A DNA stretch of 64,000 nucleotides from Patescibacteria group bacterium (GCA_028716665.1 JAQUPP010000002.1:203717-267716); one strand, 5' to 3'; shown: positions 38,100-47,796, counted from the first letter of the stretch. A program made the numbers and translations. Notes: a model not told the origin generated them from the letters alone.

Positions 38100-38906
38100 A
38101 TGATCGATACTCATAGTCATCTCAATTTTAAAGTTTTTGATAATAATTATAAAGAAGTAATCAAAAGAAGTCTTGATAACGGCGTCCAGGCGATTATTAA
38201 TATTGGCACTGATTTGGAGAGCAGTAAAAAAGTTGTGGCTATTGCCAATGAATTTCAGAATTGTTATGCCGCTGTCGGACTTCATCCGACTGATATTGAA
38301 AAAGAAAATTTTGATCCCAAAAAATATATTAATTTGGTTAATTTAAATCAAGATAAAATTAAAGCAATAGGGGAGACAGGACTTGATTATTATCACATAA
38401 CGAATAATGCCGAGCGCGACAAACAAAAAGAAATTTTTAAAAAACATTTGGAATTGGCTCAAAAATTAAATTTGCCGATAATAATTCATTGTCGCGGCAG
38501 TAAAGAAAATCCAAAAGACGCCTATTTGGAAATATTGTCAATTCTTAGTTCTTTGTCGTTTATACCCCGAGGCGTGATTCATTGTTTCACGTCTGATTTG
38601 GAAATCGCTCAAAAATTTTTAAACCTTGGTTTTTATTTGGGATTTACCGGAGTTATTACTTTCAAGAATACGCATTCTCTTTTTGAAGTTGTTAAAAATG
38701 TTGATTTGAACAGAATATTAATTGAAACGGATTGTCCGTTCTTAGCACCCGAACCCCATCGGGGAGAACAAAATGAACCTTCTTATGTCCGTTTTGTAGC
38801 TGAAAAAATTGCCGAAATTAAAGAATTGTCATTGGAAGAAATCATAAAAATAACCACTCAAAACGCAATTAAATTATTTAATTTACCCCGCACCCAGAAT
38901 TTATAA
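38100..38906 (+). CDS. tatD: TatD family DNase
   Basis: IDTHSH, GLHP, IGETGLDY, IIHCR, HCF and ETDCPFLAP. Confidence 0.95.
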   Translation: MIDTHSHLNFKVFDNNYKEVIKRSLDNGVQAIINIGTDLESSKKVVAIANEFQNCYAAVGLHPTDIEKENFDPKKYINLVNLNQDKIKAIGETGLDYYHITNNAERDKQKEIFKKHLELAQKLNLPIIIHCRGSKENPKDAYLEILSILSSLSFIPRGVIHCFTSDLEIAQKFLNLGFYLGFTGVITFKNTHSLFEVVKNVDLNRILIETDCPFLAPEPHRGEQNEPSYVRFVAEKIAEIKELSLEEIIKITTQNAIKLFNLPRTQNL

Positions 38907-39029
38907 TGCTCAGCATTTTTTAAAAATTTGTATAGAAAACATTATAGAGTATCTTTTTTTAGAGATACTTTATTTTTTTTAAGAGATATAGCTTCGCATT
39001 TAAAAAATAAATAAATTCTGGGTGCGGGG
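38886..39029. mobile_element. MITE overlapping the tatD 3' end
   Basis: Perfect 19-bp TIR CCCCGCACCCAGAATTTAT with a TTTA duplication. Confidence 0.85.
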
Positions 39030-39083
39030 TTTAAAACAAGATTTAATAAAAAAAGAAGATTATTAATAATCTTCTTTTTTATA

Positions 39084-39147
39084 TATTTTTTAAATTACTA
39101 ACTCATTTTAGACGGCCGTCCGAAATGAGTTAGTAATTTAAAAAATA
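39084..39147. repeat. ~64-bp near-perfect palindrome
   Basis: TTTTTTAAATTACTAACTCATTT-ta-GACGGCCGTC-cg-AAATGAGTTAGTAATTTAAAAAA. Confidence 0.85.
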
Positions 39148-39215
39148 GATATTTGAGGCGAGTTTCGTAATACTCGTTGCCATTCGATATTTTTTGTGGT
39201 AAAATGTTAAACATG

Positions 39216-39314
39216 CCCGCCCAAATTTTTTATTTATCCATATTTCTGCATAATCAAGGGGCTGGGTAGAAATTATATTAAAAAAATTATTTAAATATTA
39301 TAAATTTAGGCGGG
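39216..39314. mobile_element. MITE (CCCGCC...GGCGGG family) at the helicase start codon
   Basis: TIR CCCGCCCAAATTT / AAATTTAGGCGGG (12/13), flanked by CATG and TATG. Confidence 0.75.
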
Positions 39315-39315
39315 T

Positions 39316-42315
39316 ATGCCAGAAAACGAAATTATTTCTAAAATTATAGAAGAATTGAATCCTCGGCAAAAAGAGGCTGTTACTCATGTTAACGGCCCCT
39401 TAATTATAATTGCCGGAGCAGGTACGGGAAAAACCAGAGCCATTACTTATCGCATTGCTTGGTTGATTTTAAGCGGACAAGCAAAACCGGAAGAAATTTT
39501 GGCCGTTACTTTTACTGATAAAGCCACTCAAGAAATGGAAGAACGGGTGGATAAATTATTGCCTTATGGTTATGTTGATATTTGGATTTCCACTTTTCAT
39601 TCTTTTTGCGAAAGAGTTTTGCGAGATTATGCCATAGAAATCGGCCTGCCTATTGATTTTAAATTGCTTGATACGGCCGGGCAGTGCTTTTTGGTCCAGA
39701 AAAATTTTGATCGTTTTGATTTGGATTATTATCGTCCGCTTGGCAACCCGACCAAATTTATTCGCGAACTGGTAAAACATTTCGGCCGGGCCAAAGATGA
39801 GGTTATTTCGCCGAAAGAATATTTGGAATATGCTCAAGGTTTGGAAATGGATAACGATAGATCAATGTCTGACAATTTGGTCAAAGGAGAGGCAGGCAGA
39901 ATCAAAGAAGTGGCCAATGCTTATTACACTTATCAGCAATTATTATTGGATAACGGCGCTTTGGATTTTGGCGATTTGATTAATTACACCATTGAATTAT
40001 TTTCAAAACGCCCGGAAATTTTGGAAAAATACCGCAAGAAATTCAAATATATTTTAGTGGATGAATTTCAGGACACCAATTGGGCGCAATATAAATTGCT
40101 TCAAATGCTTGCCCAACCGGAAAACCTGTCTGACCGGCAGGCAGGTAATATCACGGTCGTAACCGACGATAAACAGGCGATTTACCGATGGCGCGGCGCG
40201 GCTTATAATAACGTGTTTCAATTAAAAAAAGATTTTCCAAAATGCAAAATTGTTTTCTTGGATGAAAATTATCGTTCTCGGCAGGCGATTCTTGATTTGG
40301 CTTATAAATTTATTGAACAAAATTATCTTGAAGACAAAGATTCAGGCGTAAAATTCAAGGGCTTGTTAAGCAAAAATTTAAAATCAACCCGAAAAGGAGA
40401 AGCGGAAATCGCGCATATTCACGCCAAAACGCAGGAAGAGGAAGCAAAAGAAACAGTTAAAAAAATTATAGAACTAAGAAAATTAAACCCAAAAGCGAGT
40501 TGGAACGACTTCGCCATTTTGGTCAGAGCGAATAATCAGGCGGAAATTTTTTGCCAAACTTTGCGTTGGAATAATATTCCTTATCAATTTTTGGCCAGGA
40601 CCGGATTATTTTCAAAACCGATTGTGATGGATATTTTGGCTTATTTGAAACTTCTTGATAATTATCACGAAAGTCCGGCTGTTTACCGCATTTTAACTTC
40701 GCCGATTTTTTTTGATGAACTTCCGAATCAAGATTTGATTAATTTGACTTATTGGGCAAATCGAAAAAATTGGTCAATTTATGAAGCCATTGCCAAAGTT
40801 TCAACTGTTCCGAATATTTCACCAAAAGGAATCGAAGAATTGAATAAAGTTTTGGTCTGGATTGAGAAACACACTCAGCTGGCAAAAAAAGAAAATGCCA
40901 GCAAAGTTATTTACGCTTTTTTGGAAGACACCGGTTATTTGAAACTTTTATCCGAATCGGCCGAAAAAGGCAATGAACAAAATATTGAAAATATTTTTTG
41001 GCTGCGGCAATTTTTCAATAAAGTTAAAAATTTTGAAGAAGTCAATTTGGATAAATCAATTTCCAATTTTATCCAGATGATTGATTTGATGCTGGATGCG
41101 GGGGACACGGGTGCGGTCGCGACTGAGGCCGAAGAGAGCGGTCCGGAAACAGTCAAAGTTATGACCATTCACGCCGCCAAAGGATTGGAATTTAATTGGG
41201 TTTTTGTCGTTAACTTGGTTGATCGCCGTTTTCCAACCACCGAACGGCACGAAGCCATTGAAATACCGCCGGCTCTGATTAAAGAAATTATTCCCGAAGG
41301 CGATATTCATTTTCAGGAAGAACGGCGTTTGTTTTATGTCGCCATGACCAGAGCCAAAGACGGATTATTTTTAACTTCTGCTGAAAATTACGGCGGCAAA
41401 ACAGTTAAAAAGTTTTCCAGATTTTTACATGAATTGGGTTTGATTGATAAAAAATTTCCGCCCGAGCCGATTCCTTCTGTCAAAGATTTGCGCCAATTTT
41501 TGGCTCCGAAAGAAATAATGGTTTCATCAAAAAGTGATTATCAATTGCCGACCAAATTCAGTTTTACTCAGTTAATGGCTTTTGAAACTTGTCCGCTTCA
41601 ATATAAATTCGCTCATATTTTAAAAATTCCCAGAAAAGGAAAAGGTAGTTTGGTTTTTGGCCAAAGCATTCACAACACACTTCAGAAATTTTTACAAAAG
41701 TATCTGGAATTAAAAGATGTGAAACAGGCGGAATTGTTTGTCACGTCCGGCAAAAAGAAATCAAAAAAAGAAATAACTTTCAAAGATTTAATTCAAATTT
41801 ATAATGAATGTTGGATTGATGAATGGTATGAAGATAAAAATAATCAGGATGAATACAAAGAAAGAGGAAAAAAGATTTTGAAACTTTTCTACGATAATTT
41901 CATGAAAAATCCGCCAAAAATAAAATCATTGGAACTCCCGTTTAATTTTAAATTGGGGGAATACGCGTTGAAAGGAAAAATAGACCGAATTGACGAAGTT
42001 GAAGGCGGAATAGAAATCATTGATTATAAAACAGGCAATTTAAAAGAAAAACTGAATGCGAATGAAAAGTGGCAGCTTTTGATTTATCAATTGGCTCTTA
42101 GATCTTTATTTCGCGAACCGGCAGTGCGTTTGACTTATTACTATTTGGAAACAGGGGATAAGATTTCATTTTTAGGCGATGAAAAAGAACTTGAAGAAAT
42201 TGAGGAAAAAATCAAAAAAATTATTAAAGAAATCAAGCAAAGCGAATTCCCGCCTAAAGCTACTAAGTGCCAATGGTGCGATTTTAAAGATATCTGTGAA
42301 TACAAAGCTGTTTAA
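39316..42315 (+). CDS. UvrD/PcrA-like helicase fused to a PD-(D/E)XK nuclease with Fe-S cysteines
   Basis: AGAGTGKT, VDEFQD, ENYRS, TIHAAKGLEF, EERRLFYVAMTRA; nuclease GKIDRID..IIDYKTG; CPLQY...CQWC...C. Confidence 0.93.
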   Translation: MPENEIISKIIEELNPRQKEAVTHVNGPLIIIAGAGTGKTRAITYRIAWLILSGQAKPEEILAVTFTDKATQEMEERVDKLLPYGYVDIWISTFHSFCERVLRDYAIEIGLPIDFKLLDTAGQCFLVQKNFDRFDLDYYRPLGNPTKFIRELVKHFGRAKDEVISPKEYLEYAQGLEMDNDRSMSDNLVKGEAGRIKEVANAYYTYQQLLLDNGALDFGDLINYTIELFSKRPEILEKYRKKFKYILVDEFQDTNWAQYKLLQMLAQPENLSDRQAGNITVVTDDKQAIYRWRGAAYNNVFQLKKDFPKCKIVFLDENYRSRQAILDLAYKFIEQNYLEDKDSGVKFKGLLSKNLKSTRKGEAEIAHIHAKTQEEEAKETVKKIIELRKLNPKASWNDFAILVRANNQAEIFCQTLRWNNIPYQFLARTGLFSKPIVMDILAYLKLLDNYHESPAVYRILTSPIFFDELPNQDLINLTYWANRKNWSIYEAIAKVSTVPNISPKGIEELNKVLVWIEKHTQLAKKENASKVIYAFLEDTGYLKLLSESAEKGNEQNIENIFWLRQFFNKVKNFEEVNLDKSISNFIQMIDLMLDAGDTGAVATEAEESGPETVKVMTIHAAKGLEFNWVFVVNLVDRRFPTTERHEAIEIPPALIKEIIPEGDIHFQEERRLFYVAMTRAKDGLFLTSAENYGGKTVKKFSRFLHELGLIDKKFPPEPIPSVKDLRQFLAPKEIMVSSKSDYQLPTKFSFTQLMAFETCPLQYKFAHILKIPRKGKGSLVFGQSIHNTLQKFLQKYLELKDVKQAELFVTSGKKKSKKEITFKDLIQIYNECWIDEWYEDKNNQDEYKERGKKILKLFYDNFMKNPPKIKSLELPFNFKLGEYALKGKIDRIDEVEGGIEIIDYKTGNLKEKLNANEKWQLLIYQLALRSLFREPAVRLTYYYLETGDKISFLGDEKELEEIEEKIKKIIKEIKQSEFPPKATKCQWCDFKDICEYKAV
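40125..40145 (+). repeat. In-frame 21-bp palindromic insertion (LSDRQAG) in the helicase
   Basis: CCTGTCTG-ACCGG-CAGGCAGG, a GC-rich hairpin just before motif III. Confidence 0.7.
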
Positions 42316-42368
42316 AATAAAAAATAGGCCCTGTTTCATTACAAAACAGAAGCCTATTTGGGATCTCA

Positions 42369-42644
42369 TTATTCAATGGTTTCAATGTAGATAATATTGC
42401 TAAAATCAAAGTAATCTGATCCTACAAAGACTCCATATTTATCGACGGTTAATTTTCCTCTGTATTCCTTCATCTCAGGTTGAAATCCACTTTGACGTTT
42501 ATTGTCTTTATTGGATCTAAGCATTACTTCCTTCCCATCGAAAGGCTTAAGCCATTTATGTGACTTTTTTTTAAGTTGTTCGTAAAGCCGCTCGGTAAGT
42601 TTTTTTTGAAGTTTTTCAACTTCAAAGGCAAGACCTATTTTCAT
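42369..42644 (-). CDS. Hypothetical protein (cassette)
   Basis: AGGAGG SD and TTGACA promoter on the minus strand, hairpin at ~42323-42360. Confidence 0.65.
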   Translation of the reverse strand: MKIGLAFEVEKLQKKLTERLYEQLKKKSHKWLKPFDGKEVMLRSNKDNKRQSGFQPEMKEYRGKLTVDKYGVFVGSDYFDFSNIIYIETIE

Positions 42645-42745
42645 TTTATTACCCTCCTTTTATTATAAATAATAGCACATTTTTTTGTTCTTGTCAAGAG
42701 ATATTGGAGTGCTATAATAATGTTATTATTTTAAATTCTATATTC

Positions 42746-42775
42746 TCCGCCCAAGGCGGACCAGCCTCGGGCTGG
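42746..42775. repeat. Double mini-hairpin intergenic repeat
   Basis: TCCGCC-caa-GGCGGA followed by CCAGCC-tcg-GGCTGG. Confidence 0.6.
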
Positions 42776-42789
42776 TAACTTTTAAACTT

Positions 42790-43173
42790 ATGACCCTAAA
42801 AAAATATCTCAATTTAATGACAATTCTAACCATTATTTGTTGGCTGGCTTGGGTGGCGGTAATTTTTTTTATCAATCCGAGAGGGCTGGGACTGGTTGGT
42901 TTTATTTTATTCTATTTCAGTTTATTTTTGGCTATTTTGGGCGCGGCCTCACTTCTTGGTTTTATTATCAGAACAAGATTGAATTTAAAACCGATTTTTG
43001 TTCAAGTGGAATTGGCTTTTCGCCAGGGGATTTGGCTGGGACTAGTGATTGTCTCCATGCTGATTTTGAAAGGGCTTGATCTTTTGCGTTGGTGGAATTT
43101 TTTATTTTTAGTTTTGTTCTTCGTTGTTTTGGAATTTTTCTTTTTATCTTCTCAAAGGAAATATAAGATTTAA
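42790..43173 (+). CDS. Four-TM membrane protein
   Basis: Hydrophobic segments and AFRQG. Confidence 0.75.
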   Translation: MTLKKYLNLMTILTIICWLAWVAVIFFINPRGLGLVGFILFYFSLFLAILGAASLLGFIIRTRLNLKPIFVQVELAFRQGIWLGLVIVSMLILKGLDLLRWWNFLFLVLFFVVLEFFFLSSQRKYKI

Positions 43174-43179
43174 AATAGT

Positions 43180-43587
43180 ATGAAGTTAATTTATAATTGG
43201 CTTAAAAAAATTTTACAGAGTTTGAAATTGACACCCAGAAAATCGGTTAAAGGATTAGAAAAAGTTATTGCCGTGAAAATCATAGATATTAAACCGCATC
43301 CAAATGCCGACCGATTAAGAATTGTCACTGTGGATACGGGCGAGCAAAAAATGGAAATAGTTTGCGGCGCGCCAAATGTGGAAATAGGCCAAATGGTTCC
43401 TTTGGCTCTTAAAGGAGCGAAATTGCCTTGCGGCATTGAAATTAAAGAAAGCGTTATTCGGGGCGTCAAATCAGAAGCAATGCTTTGCGCCAAAGACGAA
43501 TTAGGCTTGGGCCAGGATCATACCGGTATTTATATTTTGCCTCAGAAGGCGAAAATAGGCGAGAGAGTTGATAAATTTTTAAGATAA
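43180..43587 (+). CDS. Stand-alone tRNA-binding OB domain (PheT N-terminal/B2 fragment)
   Basis: PheT-like start MKLIYNWLKK, plus HPNADRL, IVCGAPNV and IRGVKSEAMLCAKDELG. Confidence 0.85.
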   Translation: MKLIYNWLKKILQSLKLTPRKSVKGLEKVIAVKIIDIKPHPNADRLRIVTVDTGEQKMEIVCGAPNVEIGQMVPLALKGAKLPCGIEIKESVIRGVKSEAMLCAKDELGLGQDHTGIYILPQKAKIGERVDKFLR

Positions 43588-43600
43588 GTAAATAAAAAAT

Positions 43601-44743
43601 ATGCAAAGAAATATTATAATAAAAAACGAAAAAGAAAATACTTTAATTGAAGAAATTAATAAAAGAAGTGATATTAAAGCCGAAAGAATTAAAAGATTAT
43701 TAAAGCTTCCGGATTTGACAAAAAAAGAAAATTCTCCTGTTAAAATTTTGGTTGATCAGATATTGAAGCTGCCCAGATTCAAAGATTTTGATTTGGTTGA
43801 TTTTCCAAGAATTGTTACGGTTAAAGATAATTTTGACCTTTTAAACACCCCAAAAGACCACCCGAGCAGAAAAGAAACAGATACTTATTATGTTACAGAT
43901 GAGTATGTTTTAAGAACGCAGATGACGGTCATGTGGTCTTTTTACTTGAAAGACCCCGAAGTTTTGAAAAAATTAGAAACAGATGGCCAAATAGAGGCTC
44001 TCTCAACAGGAATAGTTTTTCGCAAAGACGCAATTGATAGAAGCCATTATCCGGCATTTCATCAGATCGACGGATTGGGTATTTATAAAAAATCTCAAAA
44101 AATTATTACGGTGAAGGAGTTAAAGGATGTTCAAATTGATTTGGCAAAAGGTATTTTTGGTCCGGATATTGAATATAACTTTATTGTTGATTCTTTTCCT
44201 TTTACAACTCCGTCAGTTGAAATGGATATTAAATTTAACGGGGAGTGGATGGAAGTGAACGGAGCAGGCCTGGTGCATCCGCAAGTTTTAAAAAATTTTG
44301 GATTGGATCCGGAAATTTATAACGGTTGGGCTTTTGGATTTGGAGACAGACTAGCGATGATAAAAATGGGAATTCCTGATATCAGAATTTTGTGGTCAGA
44401 TGATCCGAGAATCACCAGTCAATTTAAAGACATAAACAGCAAGTTTAAAGAAGTCAGCAAATATCCCGCAACCACAAGAGATATTTCATTTGTCATTGAT
44501 AAAAATATAAATTTGAATAATTATTACGAAATTGTAAGAGATTTTGCCGAGAACTTGATTGAAGAAGTAAAATTTTTGGATAGCTACGAAAATGAAGAAA
44601 AATTCGGCAAGGATAAAAAAAGTTATACGTTCAGAATCGTGTATCGTTCACCGGAAAAAACTTTAACCAATGAGGAAATAAATAAAATACAAGATGAGAT
44701 CAGACAGAAGACTGTACAAGATTTAAACGCAGTCTTGCGCTAA
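43601..44743 (+). CDS. pheS: Single-chain (mitochondrial-type) phenylalanyl-tRNA synthetase
   Basis: Catalytic motifs HPSR..DTYY, FRKDAIDRSHYPAFHQ, FPFTTPS and GWAFGFG.RLAM, fused to a C-terminal FDX-ACB domain (YPATTRDISF...YRSPEKTLTNEEIN). Confidence 0.9.
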   Translation: MQRNIIIKNEKENTLIEEINKRSDIKAERIKRLLKLPDLTKKENSPVKILVDQILKLPRFKDFDLVDFPRIVTVKDNFDLLNTPKDHPSRKETDTYYVTDEYVLRTQMTVMWSFYLKDPEVLKKLETDGQIEALSTGIVFRKDAIDRSHYPAFHQIDGLGIYKKSQKIITVKELKDVQIDLAKGIFGPDIEYNFIVDSFPFTTPSVEMDIKFNGEWMEVNGAGLVHPQVLKNFGLDPEIYNGWAFGFGDRLAMIKMGIPDIRILWSDDPRITSQFKDINSKFKEVSKYPATTRDISFVIDKNINLNNYYEIVRDFAENLIEEVKFLDSYENEEKFGKDKKSYTFRIVYRSPEKTLTNEEINKIQDEIRQKTVQDLNAVLR

Positions 44744-44781
44744 TTTTTAAATTTTTAGTTTTTTAGATTTTTAAATTTATT

Positions 44782-45732
44782 ATGTACGATATAGTTACAA
44801 TTGGCGGAGCCATACGCGATATTATTTTTTACACCAACGAAGGATTAGTGGTTAATAATCCGAATCCTTTGTGTGAAAAATTAATCGCTTTTGAATTAGG
44901 GGCTAAAATCTATACTGATGAAGCATATTGGTCATGGGGCGGTGGAGCCGATAATACGGGCGTTGGCGTGGCTAAATTAGGGCTAAAAACAGCTATTATT
45001 GTCAGAGTCGGCGCTGATGGGGAAGGCGATGAGCTGGTGAAATATTTTAAAAAACAGGGCATAGAAACAAAATTTATTCAACGCGACAAAAATATCCGCA
45101 CCGGTTTTTCGCTTGTTACGACTCTGAAAAATAAAAAAGCCCACACTATTTTTGTTTATCGCGGACCGGGCGAGAATCTTAATTCTTTGCCGAAAAATAT
45201 TTCCGCAAAATGGATTTATATTTCTTCTTTAAGCGCCAAATATTGGGAAAAAATGCTGAATCAGATTTTAAAATATAAAGCGATTAAAGCCTGGAATCCT
45301 TCAATTGTTCAACTGAAGACCGGTTATTCAAAGTTGGCCAAGTTTTTGAAAAAAATTGATGTTTTGATTCTTAATGAAGACGAAGCGAGAGAATTGGTTT
45401 TATCAGCCCAAAAAACAAAAGATTTGTCAATTAAACATTTATTAAAAAGAATTTATCAGATGGGGCCGAAAATTGTCGCCATCACTGCCGGACCAAAAGG
45501 AGTTTTTGCTTATAACGGCGATAAATTTTATTCGCACAAAATCAAAAAAGCTAAAGTCATAAATACGGTTGGGGCGGGTGATGCTTTTTCTTCCGGTTTT
45601 ATTGCCGGTTTGTTTTATGACAAAAATGATATTCAAAAAGCGCTTCATTGGGGAATTATAAACAGCGCTTCAGTGATTGCCAAGGTTGGCGCTCAGGAAG
45701 GATTATTAAATAAATCTCAAATTAATAAATAA
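44782..45732 (+). CDS. PfkB family carbohydrate kinase
   Basis: GGGADNTGVGVAKLG, LNEDEA and NTVGAGDAFSSGF. Confidence 0.92.
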   Translation: MYDIVTIGGAIRDIIFYTNEGLVVNNPNPLCEKLIAFELGAKIYTDEAYWSWGGGADNTGVGVAKLGLKTAIIVRVGADGEGDELVKYFKKQGIETKFIQRDKNIRTGFSLVTTLKNKKAHTIFVYRGPGENLNSLPKNISAKWIYISSLSAKYWEKMLNQILKYKAIKAWNPSIVQLKTGYSKLAKFLKKIDVLILNEDEARELVLSAQKTKDLSIKHLLKRIYQMGPKIVAITAGPKGVFAYNGDKFYSHKIKKAKVINTVGAGDAFSSGFIAGLFYDKNDIQKALHWGIINSASVIAKVGAQEGLLNKSQINK

Positions 45733-45733
45733 T

Positions 45734-46312
45734 ATGATTATAGAAATTCCAGTTGAAGTTTCAGCCAGACATATTCATTTAAGCCGCGAACATTTGGACG
45801 CGCTTTTTGGCGTTGGTTATGAATTGAATAATTTAAAAGAACTTTCTCAAAAAGGGCAATTCGCCACCACGGAAACGATTACCATTCAAACAGAAAAAGA
45901 TAAAATTGAAAAAGTGAGAATTTTAGGTCCGGTAAGAAAACAAACCCAGGTGGAAATTTCCAAGACTGATGCAAAGAAATTGGGTATTAATCCGCCCATC
46001 AGGCACTCCGGAGATTTAAGCAGTTCTGCCGGTTGCATGTTAATCGGGCCAAAAGGCACGGTTTTATTGAAAGAAGGAATTATTATCGCATGGCGGCATA
46101 TTCACGCTACACCGAAATATATGCAAGATTATAATTTGGACAGCAGAAAATTTGTCTCGGTAAAAATCAGCACTCCTTCAAGAAGCGTTACTTTTAATCA
46201 AGTTTATCTCCATATTGACCCGAGCTTTACGCCGGTTTTATGTTTGGATACTGACGAAGCCAATGCAGCCGGAATTGAAGGACCGATTTCGGGAGAAGTT
46301 ATTTTGGATTAA
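45734..46312 (+). CDS. pduL: PduL-type phosphate acyltransferase
   Basis: VSARHIHL, LSQKGQFA, RILGPVR..TQVEIS.TD, RHIH and LDTDEANAA. Confidence 0.92.
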   Translation: MIIEIPVEVSARHIHLSREHLDALFGVGYELNNLKELSQKGQFATTETITIQTEKDKIEKVRILGPVRKQTQVEISKTDAKKLGINPPIRHSGDLSSSAGCMLIGPKGTVLLKEGIIIAWRHIHATPKYMQDYNLDSRKFVSVKISTPSRSVTFNQVYLHIDPSFTPVLCLDTDEANAAGIEGPISGEVILD

Positions 46313-46315
46313 ATT

Positions 46316-47386
46316 ATGTCTAAAAAAATCGCAATCATAATTGTTTGTTATAACGGCCGGGAATATCTCCCGGATTTGTTAAATAGTTTGAAAAATCAAA
46401 CTTTAAAACCGGCGGAAATTATTTTTGTTGATAATAATTCAAAAGATGATTCTGTTGATTATGTTCGGAAAAATTTTCCGGAAGTGATTTTAATTGAAAA
46501 TAAAAAAAACTTGGGTTTTGCCCAAGCTAATAATCAGGGGATAAAAGAAGCTTTTACCCGCCAAAGTTTTTCTTCGGAAAATTTAGGCGGGCTAGATTTT
46601 ATTTTTTTATTAAATCAGGATACGATTTGTGATAATAATTGTTTAGAAGAATTGGCCAGAGTGGCGGATAATGAAAATGCCAAAACTTTTGCTTTTCAGC
46701 CGCTTGTTCTTTGCTGGCCGGAAAAAGATAAAATTCAAACTTCCGGCGATAAATTTCATTTTTTGGGTTTTGGTTATTCCGGCGGTTACAAACTGCCAAT
46801 CGCGAATAGTCAACTGCAATCCAGGGACATTACCTACGCTTCCGGAGCGGCAATGTTTATTAATACTCAGGCCTTAAAAGAAGTTGGCTTATTGGACGAA
46901 GATTTATTTATGTATCATGAAGACCTGGATCTTTGCTTAAGAGCGCGTTTCTTGGGTTATAATATATTTCTAGCGCCTCAATCTTTGGTTTATCACAAAT
47001 ATAGAGCCGGGGTTTCACCTCATCGCTGGTATTGGTCGGAGAGAAACAGGGGATTAACTTTGCTTAAATTTTATAAACTGCCGACTTTAATTTTGATTTT
47101 TTTACCTTGGTTATTTATGGAATTGGGAGTTTTGGGTTATAGTTTAATGAGCGGCTGGTTTTCTTTGAAAATAAAAAGTTATTTCAGCGCTCTGCGTCTT
47201 ATTCCTAAAACCTTGGTTAAACGGGCAAAAGTTCAAAGAACCAGAAAAATCAGCGACCGACAATTTTCCAAATATCTGGAAGCGAAATTTAATTTTGCCG
47301 GATTTGAGCACCCATTATTGAAATATTTGGTTAATCCCATTTTCGGCTTATATTGGAAAATATTTAGAAAAATAATTTTTTGGTAG
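46316..47386 (+). CDS. Glycosyltransferase family 2
   Basis: VDNNSKD, NLGFAQANNQG, LLNQD, SGAAM and FMYHEDLDL. Confidence 0.93.
   Translation: MSKKIAIIIVCYNGREYLPDLLNSLKNQTLKPAEIIFVDNNSKDDSVDYVRKNFPEVILIENKKNLGFAQANNQGIKEAFTRQSFSSENLGGLDFIFLLNQDTICDNNCLEELARVADNENAKTFAFQPLVLCWPEKDKIQTSGDKFHFLGFGYSGGYKLPIANSQLQSRDITYASGAAMFINTQALKEVGLLDEDLFMYHEDLDLCLRARFLGYNIFLAPQSLVYHKYRAGVSPHRWYWSERNRGLTLLKFYKLPTLILIFLPWLFMELGVLGYSLMSGWFSLKIKSYFSALRLIPKTLVKRAKVQRTRKISDRQFSKYLEAKFNFAGFEHPLLKYLVNPIFGLYWKIFRKIIFW
46557..46591. repeat. In-frame mini-MITE (CCCGCC...GGCGGG family) in the GT2 gene
   Basis: CCCGCCAAAGTTTTTC-TTCG-GAAAATTTAGGCGGG, with the same ends as 39216-39314. Encodes TRQSFSSENLGG. Confidence 0.75.
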
Positions 47387-47437
47387 AAGAGGTAAATTTA
47401 AAAACGGTGTATAATTTTTTATACACCGTCTTTTTTA

Positions 47438-47704
47438 TTACCATTTCATGTATGTATACTGAAATTTTATCCATCCCCAGGCTATCCCGAGGAGAGCAAG
47501 AAATAAAATCATCGCTTGCCACGCCGCGGGCATTCTATTTAGCCACTCTCTGATTTTTTTGAAAAAAGAACAAATCGATTGGAATTCTTGGATTAGAATT
47601 TTTATTGAACAGACTATTAATTCTAAAATTCCCAAGATTGCAAGGATAATAGAGAGAATAACCAGCATGACAGAATCGTATATTTTCCCGCCCAATTTTT
47701 TCAT
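47438..47704 (-). CDS. Small membrane protein (cassette)
   Basis: AGGAGG SD before the ATG at 47704, two hydrophobic segments. Confidence 0.65.
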   Translation of the reverse strand: MKKLGGKIYDSVMLVILSIILAILGILELIVCSIKILIQEFQSICSFFKKIREWLNRMPAAWQAMILFLALLGIAWGWIKFQYTYMKW

Positions 47705-47796
47705 TATTTCCTCCTTTGTTATTGTCAACGCCAATATTTAATTTTAACCAAATCCAGCCAATAATTATTTTTTAAAAGTACAGAGAATATAATTAT

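Noticed and set aside
39316-42315. Cas4 or defence nuclease
   Set aside because: The Fe-S PD-(D/E)XK domain is fused to a UvrD helicase in a housekeeping context, consistent with AddA/AdnB-like repair enzymes.
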